Origin: Ophelia neglecta
Lineage: Eukaryota
NCBI GenBank assembly: GCA_965285935.1
Contig: OZ260664.1
Coordinates: 4,774,001 to 4,838,000, forward strand
Direction of reading: 5' to 3'
Length of the DNA stretch: 64,000 bases
Under the pieces are notes generated by a model, which saw only the letters and a program-made list of their open reading frames with translations, did no database searches and was not told the DNA's origin. The position numbers were made by a program, and so were the translations under genes. Positions 12,573-26,116 of the stretch are shown piece after piece (the stretch's first letter is position 1; each line of letters begins with the position of its first letter).

Positions 12573-12705
12573 TAGCTCCAAATCTACATGGCCTATATAC
12601 GTTCCTTAAACTAGATAATCCTATAGTTCCAAATCTATATGGACTATATACATTTCTGAAGCTGGATAATTTTAAAGCTCCAGATCTATACGGACTATGT
12701 ACATT
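12573..12705 (+). repeat. 51-bp tandem repeat, ~2.5 units
   Basis: TCCARATCTA..GG.CTAT.TAC recurs at ~51-bp spacing. Confidence 0.8.
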
Positions 12706-14551
12706 ACGTTTGTATCGGGTTTAATGAACATTTTCTGGTTCGTTTCCGGTGCTGTGTTATATAGCCCTGAAAATAATAACTTTTATTTTCCCAGCGCCGA
12801 CACACCTCCAGACTCACAACATTTCATGAGACCCCCCACCCCCCGGACACTGGCAAATAGGCGCCATCCTACGGAAAAAAAATGACTTCTACGTCCCCCC
12901 TACCCCCCCCCCCCCCAGGAATGCTTCTGGAAAAGCACCTACCCATTTACTTTCGTTCTCACCCGTGGTGAATGTAATTTCTATTAAAACATCTTCTGCA
13001 GGTCTGCCGGTCAATTACGGTGGGCGTAGAAATTCACTTCGATTTTCATTCGCCATGAAAATCATTGACACGCCTAACGCTATTTGCCACCTACTGTGCT
13101 CGGGTTCTTTGATCTGCCGCCCTTTCAAATGCGCTCTGATGGTCAGTTTATTGACCGCTGATCATTGATCACTCATTCCTTGTCCCAAGGTGCTACTGCA
13201 GTGTGCATTAGGCCATTCATTTCCCGTCTCTAACCTCAGGGAAGGAAGTTTGTTAGGTGGTGGGTTCTTCATGTTTAGTTCAGTTGGTAAAGGTAGATTA
13301 TACTAGGTCTGACAGAGGTATGGTTGTAGAGGTATAGAGCTAAAATAAATTGATAATGGGAACCCACGCTTATGATCACATGGCTGATCAGTTTCGGCTA
13401 ATGCCAGAATTTGAATTAAGATAATATATACCTAAAATATATTGCTCGAAAGGAAAATAAAAATCAAATTCAGCGTTTCTTGCACCCTTATTCCATGAGT
13501 AGTCCAAGCCCAAAAATGTTCTTGTAGTATTTTTTGAAATTAGTTCGGTAAATAGGTCAGCGCTCTGAAGTCATAATAGATTCCGGGCACCTCATCACAT
13601 ACACGTGACGCTACACGTCTGTATGCTGCTCGTCAGTTAGATGTCTGTGGCAGTCTTTAGACAGACTGCCGGCTTACATACCTCGGCATTATGCTGTTTA
13701 AATAGGTGAGGCAGTCAGTAAGGAACATTCTGTGTAGTCCATTTTTACCAGGGGACATTTAAGGTTGTATATTGTCTAGCGTTCGATAAAACAACCGGAG
13801 GGATTCCTTGGCACATTCGATCTTTTTTATTGACACCTCTGTGCTTACGATATACCTGACCTGGACATTAGGGCAGGCTAGGAGACAATTCCGATATTTT
13901 AACCTGGGAAATTAGCTGAGATTGATTGATAATATCATGAAAGGTAAGCAGAAGCTAACTCATTTTACTTAGATTTTGCTAGATTACCAATGATCTATGG
14001 GCAGTGTGTTGGGACAAGTTTACTTTACTGAAGACTAGATGGCATCAGCCTAACGATTACATAGGTCACGTGACCGGTGTTCGTTAGAACATATTTCTTT
14101 GTATGTTCCCGCAAGAGAAGAATTATTTTTGAACAAGTCATAAACATATTTTTCCGGGATTTACCGCTATTTGTCAATGGAGACATTGAAAATAACGACG
14201 AATGTTGAAATGCTTTGTTGCAGGACAATACTAACATATTGACTGTGTGCCTTAGAAGTGGAGTATAAGTACCGGTTTGTGGCCACGGGGGGGGGGGGGG
14301 ACAATGCCCATATAACCATTTCTTAAATGTATCTGTGATTTTGAGTTCATTTATAGTGACTAAACGACAAAGAATAAGTTTATACATAAATCAATAGGAT
14401 TTACTCATTTGTCCAATTACTTTATCATGATTTATAAACATTTATACGGATACACCATGCAAACTTCTACACTAAGTTTATCCCATGAAAAAACATCTGA
14501 TAGCCTAAGGATTACATTTTATTACAAAGCAATAAAAGTTTACATCATCTC

Positions 14552-15672
14552 GGCGGCACTTTGCCCTGAGGTAAGCATAAAGGACATGTTCTGATATGTA
14601 TTAACAACAACAGTGTCCATAACTTTCTGCATTATTTAAGGAGAGCGTATGATTTACTTCAGGCGCAAAAGAAAATTGACAAATAATCTAGCTATACGAA
14701 TTGGCCTTGAGGTATTACACTGCATGTATGTCATATAATAACACGTACTAGCTGTATGGAAATCTGCCCTGACTTTTTTTTATACTAGGGCACGCTTTAC
14801 AGGAGACCGCCTGAAGCTGGCTAGGAATAATTACTGGTGTACTGGTGACATTTGATATCTTCCTCATAGTACAAGGCACGCTGTGGTCTTCATTGTAGAA
14901 GGCCCCATAAATAATACACTCAAATGTCCAGCATTTGTAATATGACCTATTTTTGTCGGAGCCAGGCAAGTTATTATAGCAATAAAATCATGAGTAATAG
15001 GCCCACCATAACATTATAGGCACAGCACTAATACTAGTCTTGACTGATGTGATGCGTAAATGATCCCTCTATTCAGAATATCGATATTTTCTTCTTTATT
15101 CGATCACACTTGACCATAAATAGGATATAATTGATAATGTATGGGCATATTTGACAGGATTTATAGAGAGATAAATGATATCTTGGTGATGGACAATCAG
15201 CAAGCAAACGCTTAATGTCCTGGTATAGGCGCTCACTTTTTATAATCAATAATAAGACAACTTTCATAGCTTCATACCTTATTTGTATATAACTTTTGTA
15301 TTCTGAGAAGTACACCAGACGCATTAAGGACAAACTTCCGTATACCGTTTACGCCTAACAGTTGACCATAAACACCATTTCATGTTCTGTTAAGGATCGG
15401 TATTGGGTCAATTTCAAACAATGTCATATTATTTAGTTCAAATAATTTATCATCGGATTGATTAATGGAGAACTTAATACATCATTATCGCATAATGGAC
15501 ACCCTTTCTTTTGCCAAAATACAAGGTGTCATTTCATCATAGCAGTGGCCTTCAGTTGAATGCTACATCAAAGACAGCCCAGAGAGAAATTTGTACACTA
15601 GAGAACTTGGGAGGCGTTGTTAATACATATCAGAACATGTCTTTTATGCTTACCTCAGGGCAAAGTGCCGCC
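14552..15672. repeat. 57-bp near-perfect inverted repeat pair (transposon-end-like) ~1.06 kb apart
   Basis: GGCGGCACTTTGCCCTGAGGTAAGCATAAAGGACATGTTCTGATATGTATTAACAAC at 14552-14608 and its reverse complement (1 mismatch) at 15616-15672. Confidence 0.9.
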
Positions 15673-15790
15673 TAGAGAGAAATATTTTTTTACTAATTTC
15701 TTTTAAACACCAGAGAACTTGGGAACTGTATGATGAGTCAGAGGTAATGCGAAAAAATGTCAGTCGCTAGAGAGAGAATGTGAGAAGCAG

Positions 15791-16019
15791 GGCCCGTTTA
15801 CTGAAAACTATCTTAATTCGGATTAAATCAGAATTAAAATGCTTACCCGGCCTTAACTTGCCTATCGGGGTTTCTGGAAGCTGGATTTTATTTTAATCCT
15901 AGCTATTTTGGTCTTATACTGAACTTTGGTCAATTGAAACACTGATTAATGCGGCCTCAGCTAGCCGGTCATAGGCTAATCTAATCCGTGAACTTAAGAC
16001 AGCTACCAGATACCAGGCC
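15791..16019 (+). mobile_element. MITE family H1 (PIF/Harbinger-like), full length
   Basis: GGCCCG...CAGGCC termini with CAG on both sides (3-bp TSD). Shares the TTCTGGAAGCTGGATTT and ATAGGCTAATCTAATCC core with the copy at 23378. Confidence 0.85.
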
Positions 16020-17227
16020 CAGAAGCCCCAAGTATCATTAAAGAGACGGTCATCTAAATGTATTATCAGGAGTACAAACATTCTTAGGCATGATCTAAAA
16101 TCTTCATTACTCGGTATGGTATACAGTACATGCCGATTACCGAAAAGGCAAGATGAGACTTGCAGTGTGGGTTGGTAATAAGAGGCAGAGGTTACTGGGC
16201 CAGGGGAGGACTGTATAAATAGGAAATATATTTTACTGTTACAAGTCTCGAAACGTAATATGATTGTTGCAAAGACCCAGCAGGAATTTAAACAAACAAT
16301 GGTGTTATCATGTTACACAGACACAGACGGCATATTACAGTAGAAAATATCGCCCAGAATACAATGTGTCCAGCTCGTTCAAGAAACTCCCAGGGGACCT
16401 CGTGTGGTCATTGTGTGGTCACGGAATTTAATGAAAACACCAAATCCAATTTAAATCGATCACATGGGCGTTTCTTTTCAGGTGTCAAGGGGTATCTGTT
16501 TAAAGGCCACATGGTTGTGTTCGTATTGGCGCCACATGTTATGGATAGCGGACAGAGATCTGAGCCAAGCTGGAAGTATTAAACAGTATTTATTTGCGGT
16601 TGCAGTCCCAAATAGCTAGACCATGCCCATTGCATTCTGTTATTAAATGATACTTTACTTTAGAATACTCTGTGTCTTGTATGTCCCAGAATTTCAGCAG
16701 TCTACAATTCCTTTGGCTCATATCTTATTTATAGTACAACGTTGTCTCACGATGTAGCTGGCGAGGTCTGCTCTAAAGACAATTTATGTTTGTTGTAGAT
16801 TGGTAATCCAAGCCGGGCAAATTATACTACTAATGTGAGAGCTGTGAAATTAACATTTAAAGCTTTATAGAGAAAAAGCAGTGTCTCTTGCTATTATAAC
16901 AAGTCAAGCTTCGACTAGTATACTAACTCAAATTATTGAACTAAAAACACCAAAACAATCTGGCAGTATTATATAATTTGATAACTATTTCAGTATTATT
17001 ATTTTTACCAAAATTACTCAATTGTAGCAATTCACGCTACTTGGACAATTGAGGGTTCCGCCACCTGCCCACTTATTACCTGGACAGGATGTACCATCCT
17101 TAATAACCAAGCTGCTTCCTTCCTGTCTTGTCCGAGCCGGTATATGTCACTACCCTCTTCTCCGGATAAGAAAGCCATTCCCAAGCTTAAATGTGTACAC
17201 TGGCACCTGCCCTCCGCTGGTAATGAG

Positions 17228-17377
17228 GTGGTCCCTGCGATGTAGGGGCAGTAGGGCGGCCCCTAAATCTAAGGAAAAGTGGCCCTACATTGCAGGTGGC
17301 CCTTCATCAGAGGTACTTTAACATGGAAAAGATAGGACATGGGAATTCAAAACCTGCCCTACATCGCAGGGGCCACT
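17228..17377. mobile_element. Palindromic MITE fragment (pogo/Tc1-mariner-like subrepeats)
   Basis: Perfect 15-bp inverted repeat CCCTGCGATGTAGGG (17233-17247) / CCCTACATCGCAGGG (17357-17371), with a third internal copy at ~17282. Termini lost. Confidence 0.6.
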
Positions 17378-19245
17378 ATACTATCCCTGCACTGTTATAT
17401 TGATTGGCGACCAATTTCCGCTTCTATTCAAATTGGTGCTTCATTAAATCCATCGTGCTTTAACACCCTGGAGGGAATCTTCTATCACTAATTGTCCACT
17501 GCAGTAGTGGCTCGTGCCATTTTTGTTGTTTGTCGAGCTAGGATTCTTTATTAATACATAGTACTGACCAACGTCAGCCACCGCCTTTCTGTCTGGGAGG
17601 CTTGCACACAGTTGTTCCATTCAAGACGGCAGCGACGGTTATTTCCCTTTGCATATCTCATAATATGGCAGTATACATCGTTTTCTTTGAAATTACTTCA
17701 GCAAAATCTTTGATGTCCAGGAGAAGGACTTTTTAACTGTGGCATTACCTGAAAACACACCTACTCCAAAACCTTGACGTCTTCGGTACAAGTAGGCCTT
17801 GTGGACTGAGCAATTTACATGAAACACACCACCGTCAGACCCGTGATGTCCTTAGTTCGAGGAGGCCTTGTCGGTTTGATTTGTTTCCTCAGCAATGAAT
17901 TCATAAACTCTATAGTTAAGACTATTTTGTAAATGCCAGTGTCTCGTTTAGAGAAGAAAAATTCCAAAGTGGAATTAATTGTTTCTAATTATAAACTGCC
18001 GTAGTGGCAATAATAAGTTGGAATTTGATAAAATGCTTTTGATGCACTTCTAAAGTTGCCCATTAGTTACTGTCCAATGATTACATGACTAGCAGAGGGG
18101 GTAGGTTATTGTAGGGACATCTATAGTCAGTTTTGAGATGGCTTCCCTTAGACGACGCCTCCTGTGTTACTGTTCTCTGTGTGACGCTGCGTGCTTTACA
18201 CAGATAGTGCATGTCGTGAGAATGAATCTTGCCACACAGCATGCGCCTCGTAGGCCTGTTGAAATGGTGTCCCATAGTGGCAGCCCGGTATATAATGTAA
18301 TGTATAGGCAATGTCGATCTGAATCGCATTTTCAAAACACATTCAAATGATTCATTGAGAAGCTATTGTGGTTCATGTTTTGTCTGTTCGATACTGAAAT
18401 CAATATGAGCACACGTGACCACACTAGAGTTAATAAAATTGTAAGTTACAACTAACAAAATACAACTTGTTCCATAAACTCATAGTACCCATTGCTACTG
18501 TGTTGCAATAAAGTATTGTGAGTCTTCTGGTACAGCCATATATTTTGTCCCAATGAGAGGGCTGCCATATGTTCATGATTAGGGCCGTATCGGGACGCCT
18601 CTTCAAGATACTAAATATCAATACATATTAAGGTTTTTGTAAGACACTGTTATTCTTAGCCGTAACTATCAGCCTGTAGGGTGGCTTTCCGATAGTGCTA
18701 AAGCAGAATGACTGGTCTCAAAGGTTTTATAAAATTTCTTGCGCGGGAGTGGCGTTTGCGGGCCTGCTTGTATCCCTCAGAAAAATACTGGACCGTCATT
18801 ATAGCATAATACATAATGCGATTTTGCTTTCTCAGTAATTCGTACAAGTAAATTGCTAGTTGATGCAGGTAATGATATTGATCCGATGCCTGTATTGACT
18901 GTCAGGGGAACTGGAGTATTTAAACCAAAGTAAATAAACAAGTTGAATCGCTGCAAACCTGGAATTTTGAAGATCAAATGTGAAGATATATTTTTCCCCT
19001 TTAGCACCCCCCCCACCCCATTCTCCCCTTCCATACTTGTAAAAATACTAGCTACCCCTCAATAAACCACAAAATGATTCTATAGTATTGTCAATCCTCT
19101 GATTTCATTCGTCCAGCATTGACATAGTGATGTAAAGGCGTGGCCGACTTCTACTGAAAAGGCACACTCAATACATATGTGGTTTATTGTCTAATTAAGT
19201 GTAGCGCAAGCTTAAGCTTCGGATGGAAGTTACTGAGCCTCAAAG

Positions 19246-20911
19246 CCAAAGGGATTAGGGCAGAGCCATTAACTGTACCTGACTGCTACCTACGGTACAA
19301 GTAGTAATAGAAAAGGATTACTAGATATGGGACTTGATTTGAGCTTGTTATCCAATGATTTCAGTAGCAGATATGCTATGGTTAAGTGTCAACAGTATAT
19401 GTTTATACCATAAAAATGACTGAGGTGAGGGGCTTGAGAGCCACTCTGTGATTCCTCTATAGTGAAATTAATCATTAGATTAATCAGAAACATGGATGAT
19501 TGAATGTTCACTATTATAGCAAAGGGAGCGTAGGATAGATTCCGTATGGCTGCAATACAACTAATAATCAAAAATAAACATTTTGATTGTTTCGGCACTC
19601 CTTGTCTGGCCCCTTCAACAATGGCAGTTCAAACAGAATATTACATGAATGCGTTCACCAAGGAACGCGCTGCCAAAGTAGCAGTTTCAAGTGAATTCTT
19701 TTCGGCAGATGGCCACGTGTAAAACTTTGTCATTGAACATATGTCTGATGTGTGAGATGTATCCATATTTTGATGAAGGACAATGAGTGCATTACCCCAA
19801 AGAAGGAAATCCCGATTCAAGCTGTAATTTTTTTCCCGAAGTTAGTAAATCTGGGTAGACACACCATTAATTACAGATTTAGAACATGATCTACCTGCGT
19901 GTGTCAAATATCTACTGGACAGTACGAAGCTTATTACAAGGAAGCTATCAGGGTAATTTCCAGCCATCTGTTATTTGATCTCGTATTTTCAGCTATTGGC
20001 GAACTTTCATTTAGAAACAATCCTTGAATTATCTGGAACAACTATAGTCCAGATTTATTTGGAACAACCCATTACCAAAGGGATTAGGGCAGAGCCATTA
20101 ACTGTACCTGATTGCTACCTACGGTACAAGTAGTAATAGAAAAGGATTACTAGATATGGGACTTGGTTTGAGCTTGTTATCCTATGATGTCAGTAGCAGA
20201 TATGCTATGGTTAAGTGTAAACAGAATATGTTTATACCATAGAAAATGTCTGAGGTGATGGCTTGAGAGGCACTTTGTGATTCCTCTATACTGAAATTAA
20301 GGTGCAATCATTAGATTAATCAGAAACATGGATGATTGAATGTTTACTATTATAGCAAAGGGAGCGTAGGATAGATGGCGTTTGGCTGGAATACAACCAA
20401 TAACCAAACATAAACATTTTGATGGTTGCGGCACTCCTTGTCTGGCCCCTTCAACAATGGCAGTTCAAAACGAATATTACGTGAACGCGTACACCGAGGA
20501 ACGCGGTGCCAAAGTAGCAGTTTCAAATGTATTCCCTTTGGCAGATGGCCATGCGTAAAACTTTTCATTGAACATATGGCTGGGGTGTGAGATGTATCCA
20601 TAATTTGATGAAAGACAATGAGTGCATTACCCCAAAGAAGGAAATCCCGATTCAAGCTGTAATTTTTTCACGAAGTTAGTAAATCTGGGTAGACAGACCT
20701 TGAATTACAGATTTAGAACCTGATCTACCTACGTGTGTCAAATGTCTACTGGACAGTACGAAGCTTATTACAAGGTAGCTATCAGGGTAATTTCCAGCCA
20801 TCTGTTATTTGATTTCGCATTTTCAGTTGGTGTCGAACTTTCATTAAGAAACTATCCCTGAATTATCTGGAACAACTATAGACCTGATTTACTTGGAACA
20901 ACCAATTACCA
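19246..20911 (+). repeat. Young head-to-tail duplication, two ~830-bp copies (19246-20074, 20075-20911)
   Basis: CCAAAGGGATTAGGGCAGAGCCATTAACTGTACCTGA starts both copies. They align over their full length with scattered substitutions (roughly 90% identity by eye). Confidence 0.98.
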
Positions 20912-22142
20912 TTCTTTATTGGAGTCTGGTACTTTGATTTGATTGTTTTCATGTCTTGTTCATTTCATAAAATTTTGACATGTTTTGGTGCCACGGCAGA
21001 GATAATAAAAAAGGGGAACTGGTCCACCCTCTGTTTTGGTGTATCCATTTTTAGAAAGTATTAGAAATGTGTCCTCTCTGAAAATTTGATACATTTTTCT
21101 TTCTCTTGAAGGATGATGTATAGCTGAATGGTTTGTTGTCTCGTTATATTGAGCGTGCTGGCGACTTAATATGGGATTGACATATGTACCTGCAGAAGAT
21201 CCCTATCGAATTCGGACCATATCAATTGATTGTTTCTGATTAATGATTTCGTCTGCCGGGTGTCTTCTCCTTTTTGTTTTATATATATTGAAAATGTTAA
21301 ATTGTCTTATTAACATTTAACCTTGCCTTGCTCGCTTGCTTTCACTGTTTTAAAATGAAAAGAAAAGCCAGGCCTTAACGATTTTTCCTAAATAACTACT
21401 CAGTAATATGCAATGTCATGTCATGCAACATGTAGATAGACATATCAGTATTTCTTAATGAACGTCTGTCTCCTTATAAATAAATATCAACAATATTTTC
21501 CACATATACAGTGCGGGATGAGTATAAAACCGACACTCTCGGGGATCTCGGTCCTGTTTGATTATGTAATGGACAATAATAATCATGTCATCAGTGTAGC
21601 AAAACCTCATCTCTTAGAATTGTTTTTAACGCATAAATGATTCATATAAAGATTTCAGGCATTTGCGGCGCATCACTGGGGGATCATTTGAATTACATGT
21701 ATAATCGTGTTATTCACACATAGTTGCTTCAAAAGATTCGTGTTCAGCCTCCTAGGTCTAACACGGTCGTGTGTGTACGTGCAGTCGTACATGCAGGGTT
21801 ATTTATAACGATTATGTTATTGTCAAGTATTGCAGGTGTCGTTCGGCATAAAGTCGCTAATAAACATGAACATCTTTTTGTCGCATCAAGTTGCTGACAT
21901 GCGCAAGAGCGCTTTTGACTCCATATGAATGATTTTTCTCATTTTTTGTCGAATTTCTTTCTTCTCATTACTTCTACTGGGCTCATATGTTAAGCATTAG
22001 CAGATCCATTATCCGATGTGTCTGTTCTTTGCTTTCCATCATTGATTTCATCTGCCAAGAATGTATGATTTCATAGAAGAACATTAAATTTCTCTGCATA
22101 TCTACTCGGTTATCTGTTACTCTCTTCTGCACAACCACAACA

Positions 22143-22410
22143 CAACACTTGGTCATGTCTCAACGGCTCCTTACGGCACACACATTGTTATATCTTTCCC
22201 ATTCCTTACGGGTCACACTTGGTCATGTCTTAATCTCGCCTTACGGCTCACACTTGGTCAAGCTACACCACTCCTAACGGGTCACACTTGGTCATGTCTC
22301 CATCTCGCCTTACGGCTCACACTTGGTCAAGCTACACCACTCCTTACGGGTCACACTTGGTCAAGCTACACCACTCCTTAAGGGTCACACTTGGTCAGGC
22401 CTCCACCTTT
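22143..22410 (+). repeat. 34/35-bp minisatellite (CACACTTGGTCA...CCTTACGG), ~7 units with a 69-bp dimer
   Basis: CACACTTGG at 22214, 22249, 22283, 22318, 22352 and 22386. Confidence 0.95.
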
Positions 22411-23377
22411 CCTTGAGGCTTATCTTCACTTATGGCTATATCTTCACTTTACTTGGCTCAAGGCCAGTGGTAAAACATTGCCTAGCTTTAAATGGTCAGC
22501 AGTTCTGACACACTGGAGTAAGATAACCTGTTATTATTCAGTAAATCTCTTCAGTGAGGGAGGGGATTGTATTGTCCATGTGTGTTAACCCATGATGTGG
22601 GCGACATTAAAATGACCCTTCGCCCTATAAATTGTGGTTAATGTATTGTCCAGCGGAATTAGACACGATTCTCTCCTGACCTTTGTGACCTTAAGCTCAA
22701 TGAACCAGAACTGGATTGTCCGGAATTGTTATTTGCAATCTATTTAATATCTGGTTCCCTCCTTTTCCACGTCAGATTGCGCGGGCCCATTGTTCACTTT
22801 ATCATAAAAACAGGTCTGCTCGTTTTTACATTTAAAAGCTATTTAGCTCCGTCTGTTTGCACTTGTGCATTGTTATAATAAATTGAATGTAATGCTCCGT
22901 TTAATATAAGGCTTTCTTGTTACATTATGGTGTCCAACTAACAGATCACGTGGTATAATATTATATGAACACAAACGCTGCAGTTCCTTGTTTAGATTCT
23001 GAAGACTAGGGTATTTCATGAACAGCCTAGCTCGCTTTTCTTCCTATATCAGACTTTGCTATCGTTTTATTTGTAAATCACAAAGTATGATTTATCCAGG
23101 AAAAGGCTCTCAGAGTGCGCAAGCAAATCATATTTCGCACATTTAGGCCCAAACACTACAATATCCATGTTTAATGGTCTAATGAACCATTTTCAAACAG
23201 AATCTCACCGACCATATGGAGGGCTTACTCCCTTTTTAACTAAAAGCGGTCCTCTCTAAACATGAACACTATAGGTGTTGATATCAGAGGTAAACCGCTG
23301 AAGCCGCATTTCTTTGCATCTGAACATCGAAAATCTAGGATGTATGATCTTCCCCGTAATTTTCTACTTTAGATCAG

Positions 23378-23610
23378 GGCCCGGATTCTAGAAGTGGTCT
23401 TAAGCCTTAACTCGGAATAACATCAGGATTATATTGCTTAACCAGACTCTTGCTAATCGGGATTCTGGAAGCTGGATTTGGTCCTTAACCAAGCCAGTTT
23501 GGTCTTAAACTTAATCCAGGTCAGTGGATATACCGATTAACCCGGTCTAAGATAATCGGTAATAGGCTAATCTAATCCCTAAACTTAAGACCGCTCAGAA
23601 CTACCGGGCC
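23378..23610 (+). mobile_element. MITE family H1 (PIF/Harbinger-like), best-preserved copy
   Basis: TIR GGCCCGG.TTCT..AG.GGTCTTAAG / CTTAAGACCGCT...CCGGGCC. CAG TSD at 23375-23377 and 23611-23613. Confidence 0.9.
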
Positions 23611-23879
23611 CAGGACATGTACGCGAGATGGAAATAATCTCTAAATTATCTCGAAAATTGCAAGCTTCCAAGGACTTCCTGCATGCAGTTCCTTTTCGTA
23701 GTTTTCTGGCATTACCCAGTTTACTACAGTATACTCAGATGTTGAAACTAATGTCAATACATTGTTTGTTATATGATCCCGCGAAAATGCCACGGAAGTG
23801 TTCCACTAGCGAGTATTTGCTCGCAATTGCAATAAGAAAAAATCCTCTGGGAAACTAATGAACATGGGTATAAGCAAGG

Positions 23880-24600
23880 CCAAAGTCCATATTGCTATTC
23901 CAGCTTTTTTTTTCAGGCTGTGGCCTTCAAACACACCAGCTCCAGGTTGCAAAAAAAGGCAATCCTGCTGTCAACCAAAAGCTGTTAAATCTTTCCAGAC
24001 ATAAAAAATCAACTACTGGAAATGCCTTTCTCAACTCAGACCACGGCTTCTCATCCCCTATGGTCTCCCCTGACAGTGTTTTGCCAAAAGAAATAACCGC
24101 AAAATAATCCAGTGGTAGCTCATGCTTCACATTGCAACACGGCCCATTTCGCCTCTCTTCAGAATCACCCATATCTAAGGTGACATTACAAACACAGACG
24201 TACCACTTCAAGATGGTGAATAGACATCTGTTTAAAATCAAAAGGTCACTTTTTTCTTGTATATTTCTTCTGGAAAACTGTACACTCGAGCTCATTGTGA
24301 GGATTCATTATTTTTCTTTCGAAGACCAAAAGTGCCTTGTCTGTTATAACCATTGAAAGGATTTCGAGGTAAAGTTTCAAAAACTCTCTTGATTTATGAT
24401 TGATCAGCAGTTGATCCATTTTCTATGTTAGTAAACCTTATCTACATTCACTGTCAATTTCTCCTGCAATCCGATTGTTCTTTCAACATAAACCAACTCT
24501 CGCGAATTACATTCACTGCAGACAAGATAATCCAGTTTCTGAGATACAATTGACTCTACTCTAACACAATGTTTCCGATGTAGACTGTATGTTTTTGTTG
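23880..24600 (-). pseudogene. Decayed DDE transposase-like fossil, paralog of 9250-9900, tentative
   Basis: Minus strand: LDYLVCSECNSRELVYVERTIGLQEKLTV (cf. LvC..C.....GL...l...C), IMNP..FQK, VTLD..KRG..NG..VA (cf. V.FDG.WQKRG.SS.NG.V.A), LDY..AKHCQG, GAGVF..HSLKKK. Disrupted by frameshifts. Confidence 0.4.
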
Positions 24601-25900
24601 TCTGATACTGCAATGAAGTCAGTAGGCGTTTACTCCATTTACAATCAGAGCTTGCGAGCACTCATGCAATCCTTTTACCCTATCAGAACGCATATATCAT
24701 CCTCACTTGGCGTGTGCTTATCATGCTACACTTTTTATCGCCCACTTCAATGATACAACTTTTTCAAATCCTTCAGTCTCTTTTTTTTTAACCAAAACGT
24801 ACAAGGGAAATATTTAAGGCACTTGAGACTGGACATTCAATTTGTGCTCCTCTCTCAAACTTTACAATGGTAAGATATTTATTATTTGTTTGCTTGCAAT
24901 GGTAGGACCAGCCAATCACATACTATTCAAATTCAGACAGTGTTTTCAAACAATGGTAGAATATGATACGACACTTGAGGTTGTTCACTGCGTTTTGCCA
25001 CTCTGTAAACATGTCATATATCAGCTAGTATTACTGCCAAATGAAAGTTAAAAATCCTCGTATCACAAATGGATCAAGTTATCAGTGTTAATCGACCATA
25101 ATTGCGTTAATTGCCTGTAATATAATATTCTACTCGTTTCTTTCCACGAACTGAATAAATGAACTATCTACTTATCATGGAAATTGACCATTAACTGATG
25201 GAACTTGTAAGCGGCCAACTGGCCAGCAGTGTGTTAAATGATGCTCTCACTCTCTAGGAATGGAACACAGTTGTCACAGAAAATCACAGAAAATCAATCA
25301 CTTGAGCACACATGCCTAACAAAAAATTATCTGGCAAAGCCAATAAAACTTTGGATAAGCTCCATGTATTATATGTGTTGGTGCCTACCAATCATGGAAG
25401 ACGCCTTTCAAAATTAGTTTTAATTTATTCTGATGCCAATGTAATTCCATTTCCAATTGTAATTTCATTTCTGCATTTTAATGGGAATCCATTATAACCA
25501 CCTGACTCAGATTTCCCCTCGTTCCGTGGACACCATATGGCGAAATAGGTGGTGAAAACTGGATTTGGTCAACATTTCATTGGTGCACAAATCCTTTCCA
25601 TTTATTAAAAAAAACTAGCGAGTTTGACCTCAAAGAATCGGCAGAATTTGTTTTACATAGGCCCAGACTATCTTTTAACCGTTAATAAGATAGTAATTAA
25701 AAGCAAAAATACTAACGAGGTGTTTCAGTTGATAATGTACAATGTTATGCTAGAAGCTATAGATGTTAACATACCAATACGGTTCTTAATAACATCCTAT
25801 CGATGTGCTTGGTTGATTATTTAGTTTTGTCTACCACGTATCCACTCGCTTTTTCTTTAATCGGAGGTGTTAGTAAACCATAGACGATTGAAAGGTCCAG

Positions 25901-26116
25901 GGTCTGGTTTCCGTAAGAGGTCTTAACTCTAAACCCAGAATATAGTCCGGATTAAAGTGCGCAATCGCACTAAACCTGTTAATCAGTCTTTCAGGAAGCT
26001 GATTTGGTGTTAAATCTGGACACTCGTCAATGGAAACACTGATTAGCACGGTCTCAGCTTATAAGCAATAGGAAAATCGCTTGCATAAACTTCAGATTGC
26101 TTCAAGAAACCGGGCC
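25901..26116 (+). mobile_element. MITE family H1, diverged full-length copy
   Basis: GGTCTGGTTTC...GAAACCGGGCC termini, CAG/CTG flanks, and the shared GGAAGCT and GAAACACTGATTA core. Confidence 0.8.

Noticed and set aside
19603-19628. miR-133-like TGGCCCCTTCAAC (also at 20443) and miR-31-like AGGCAAGATG at 16146
   Set aside because: The matches are partial (seed mismatch in the first, 3' half unrelated in both) and there is no complementary arm.
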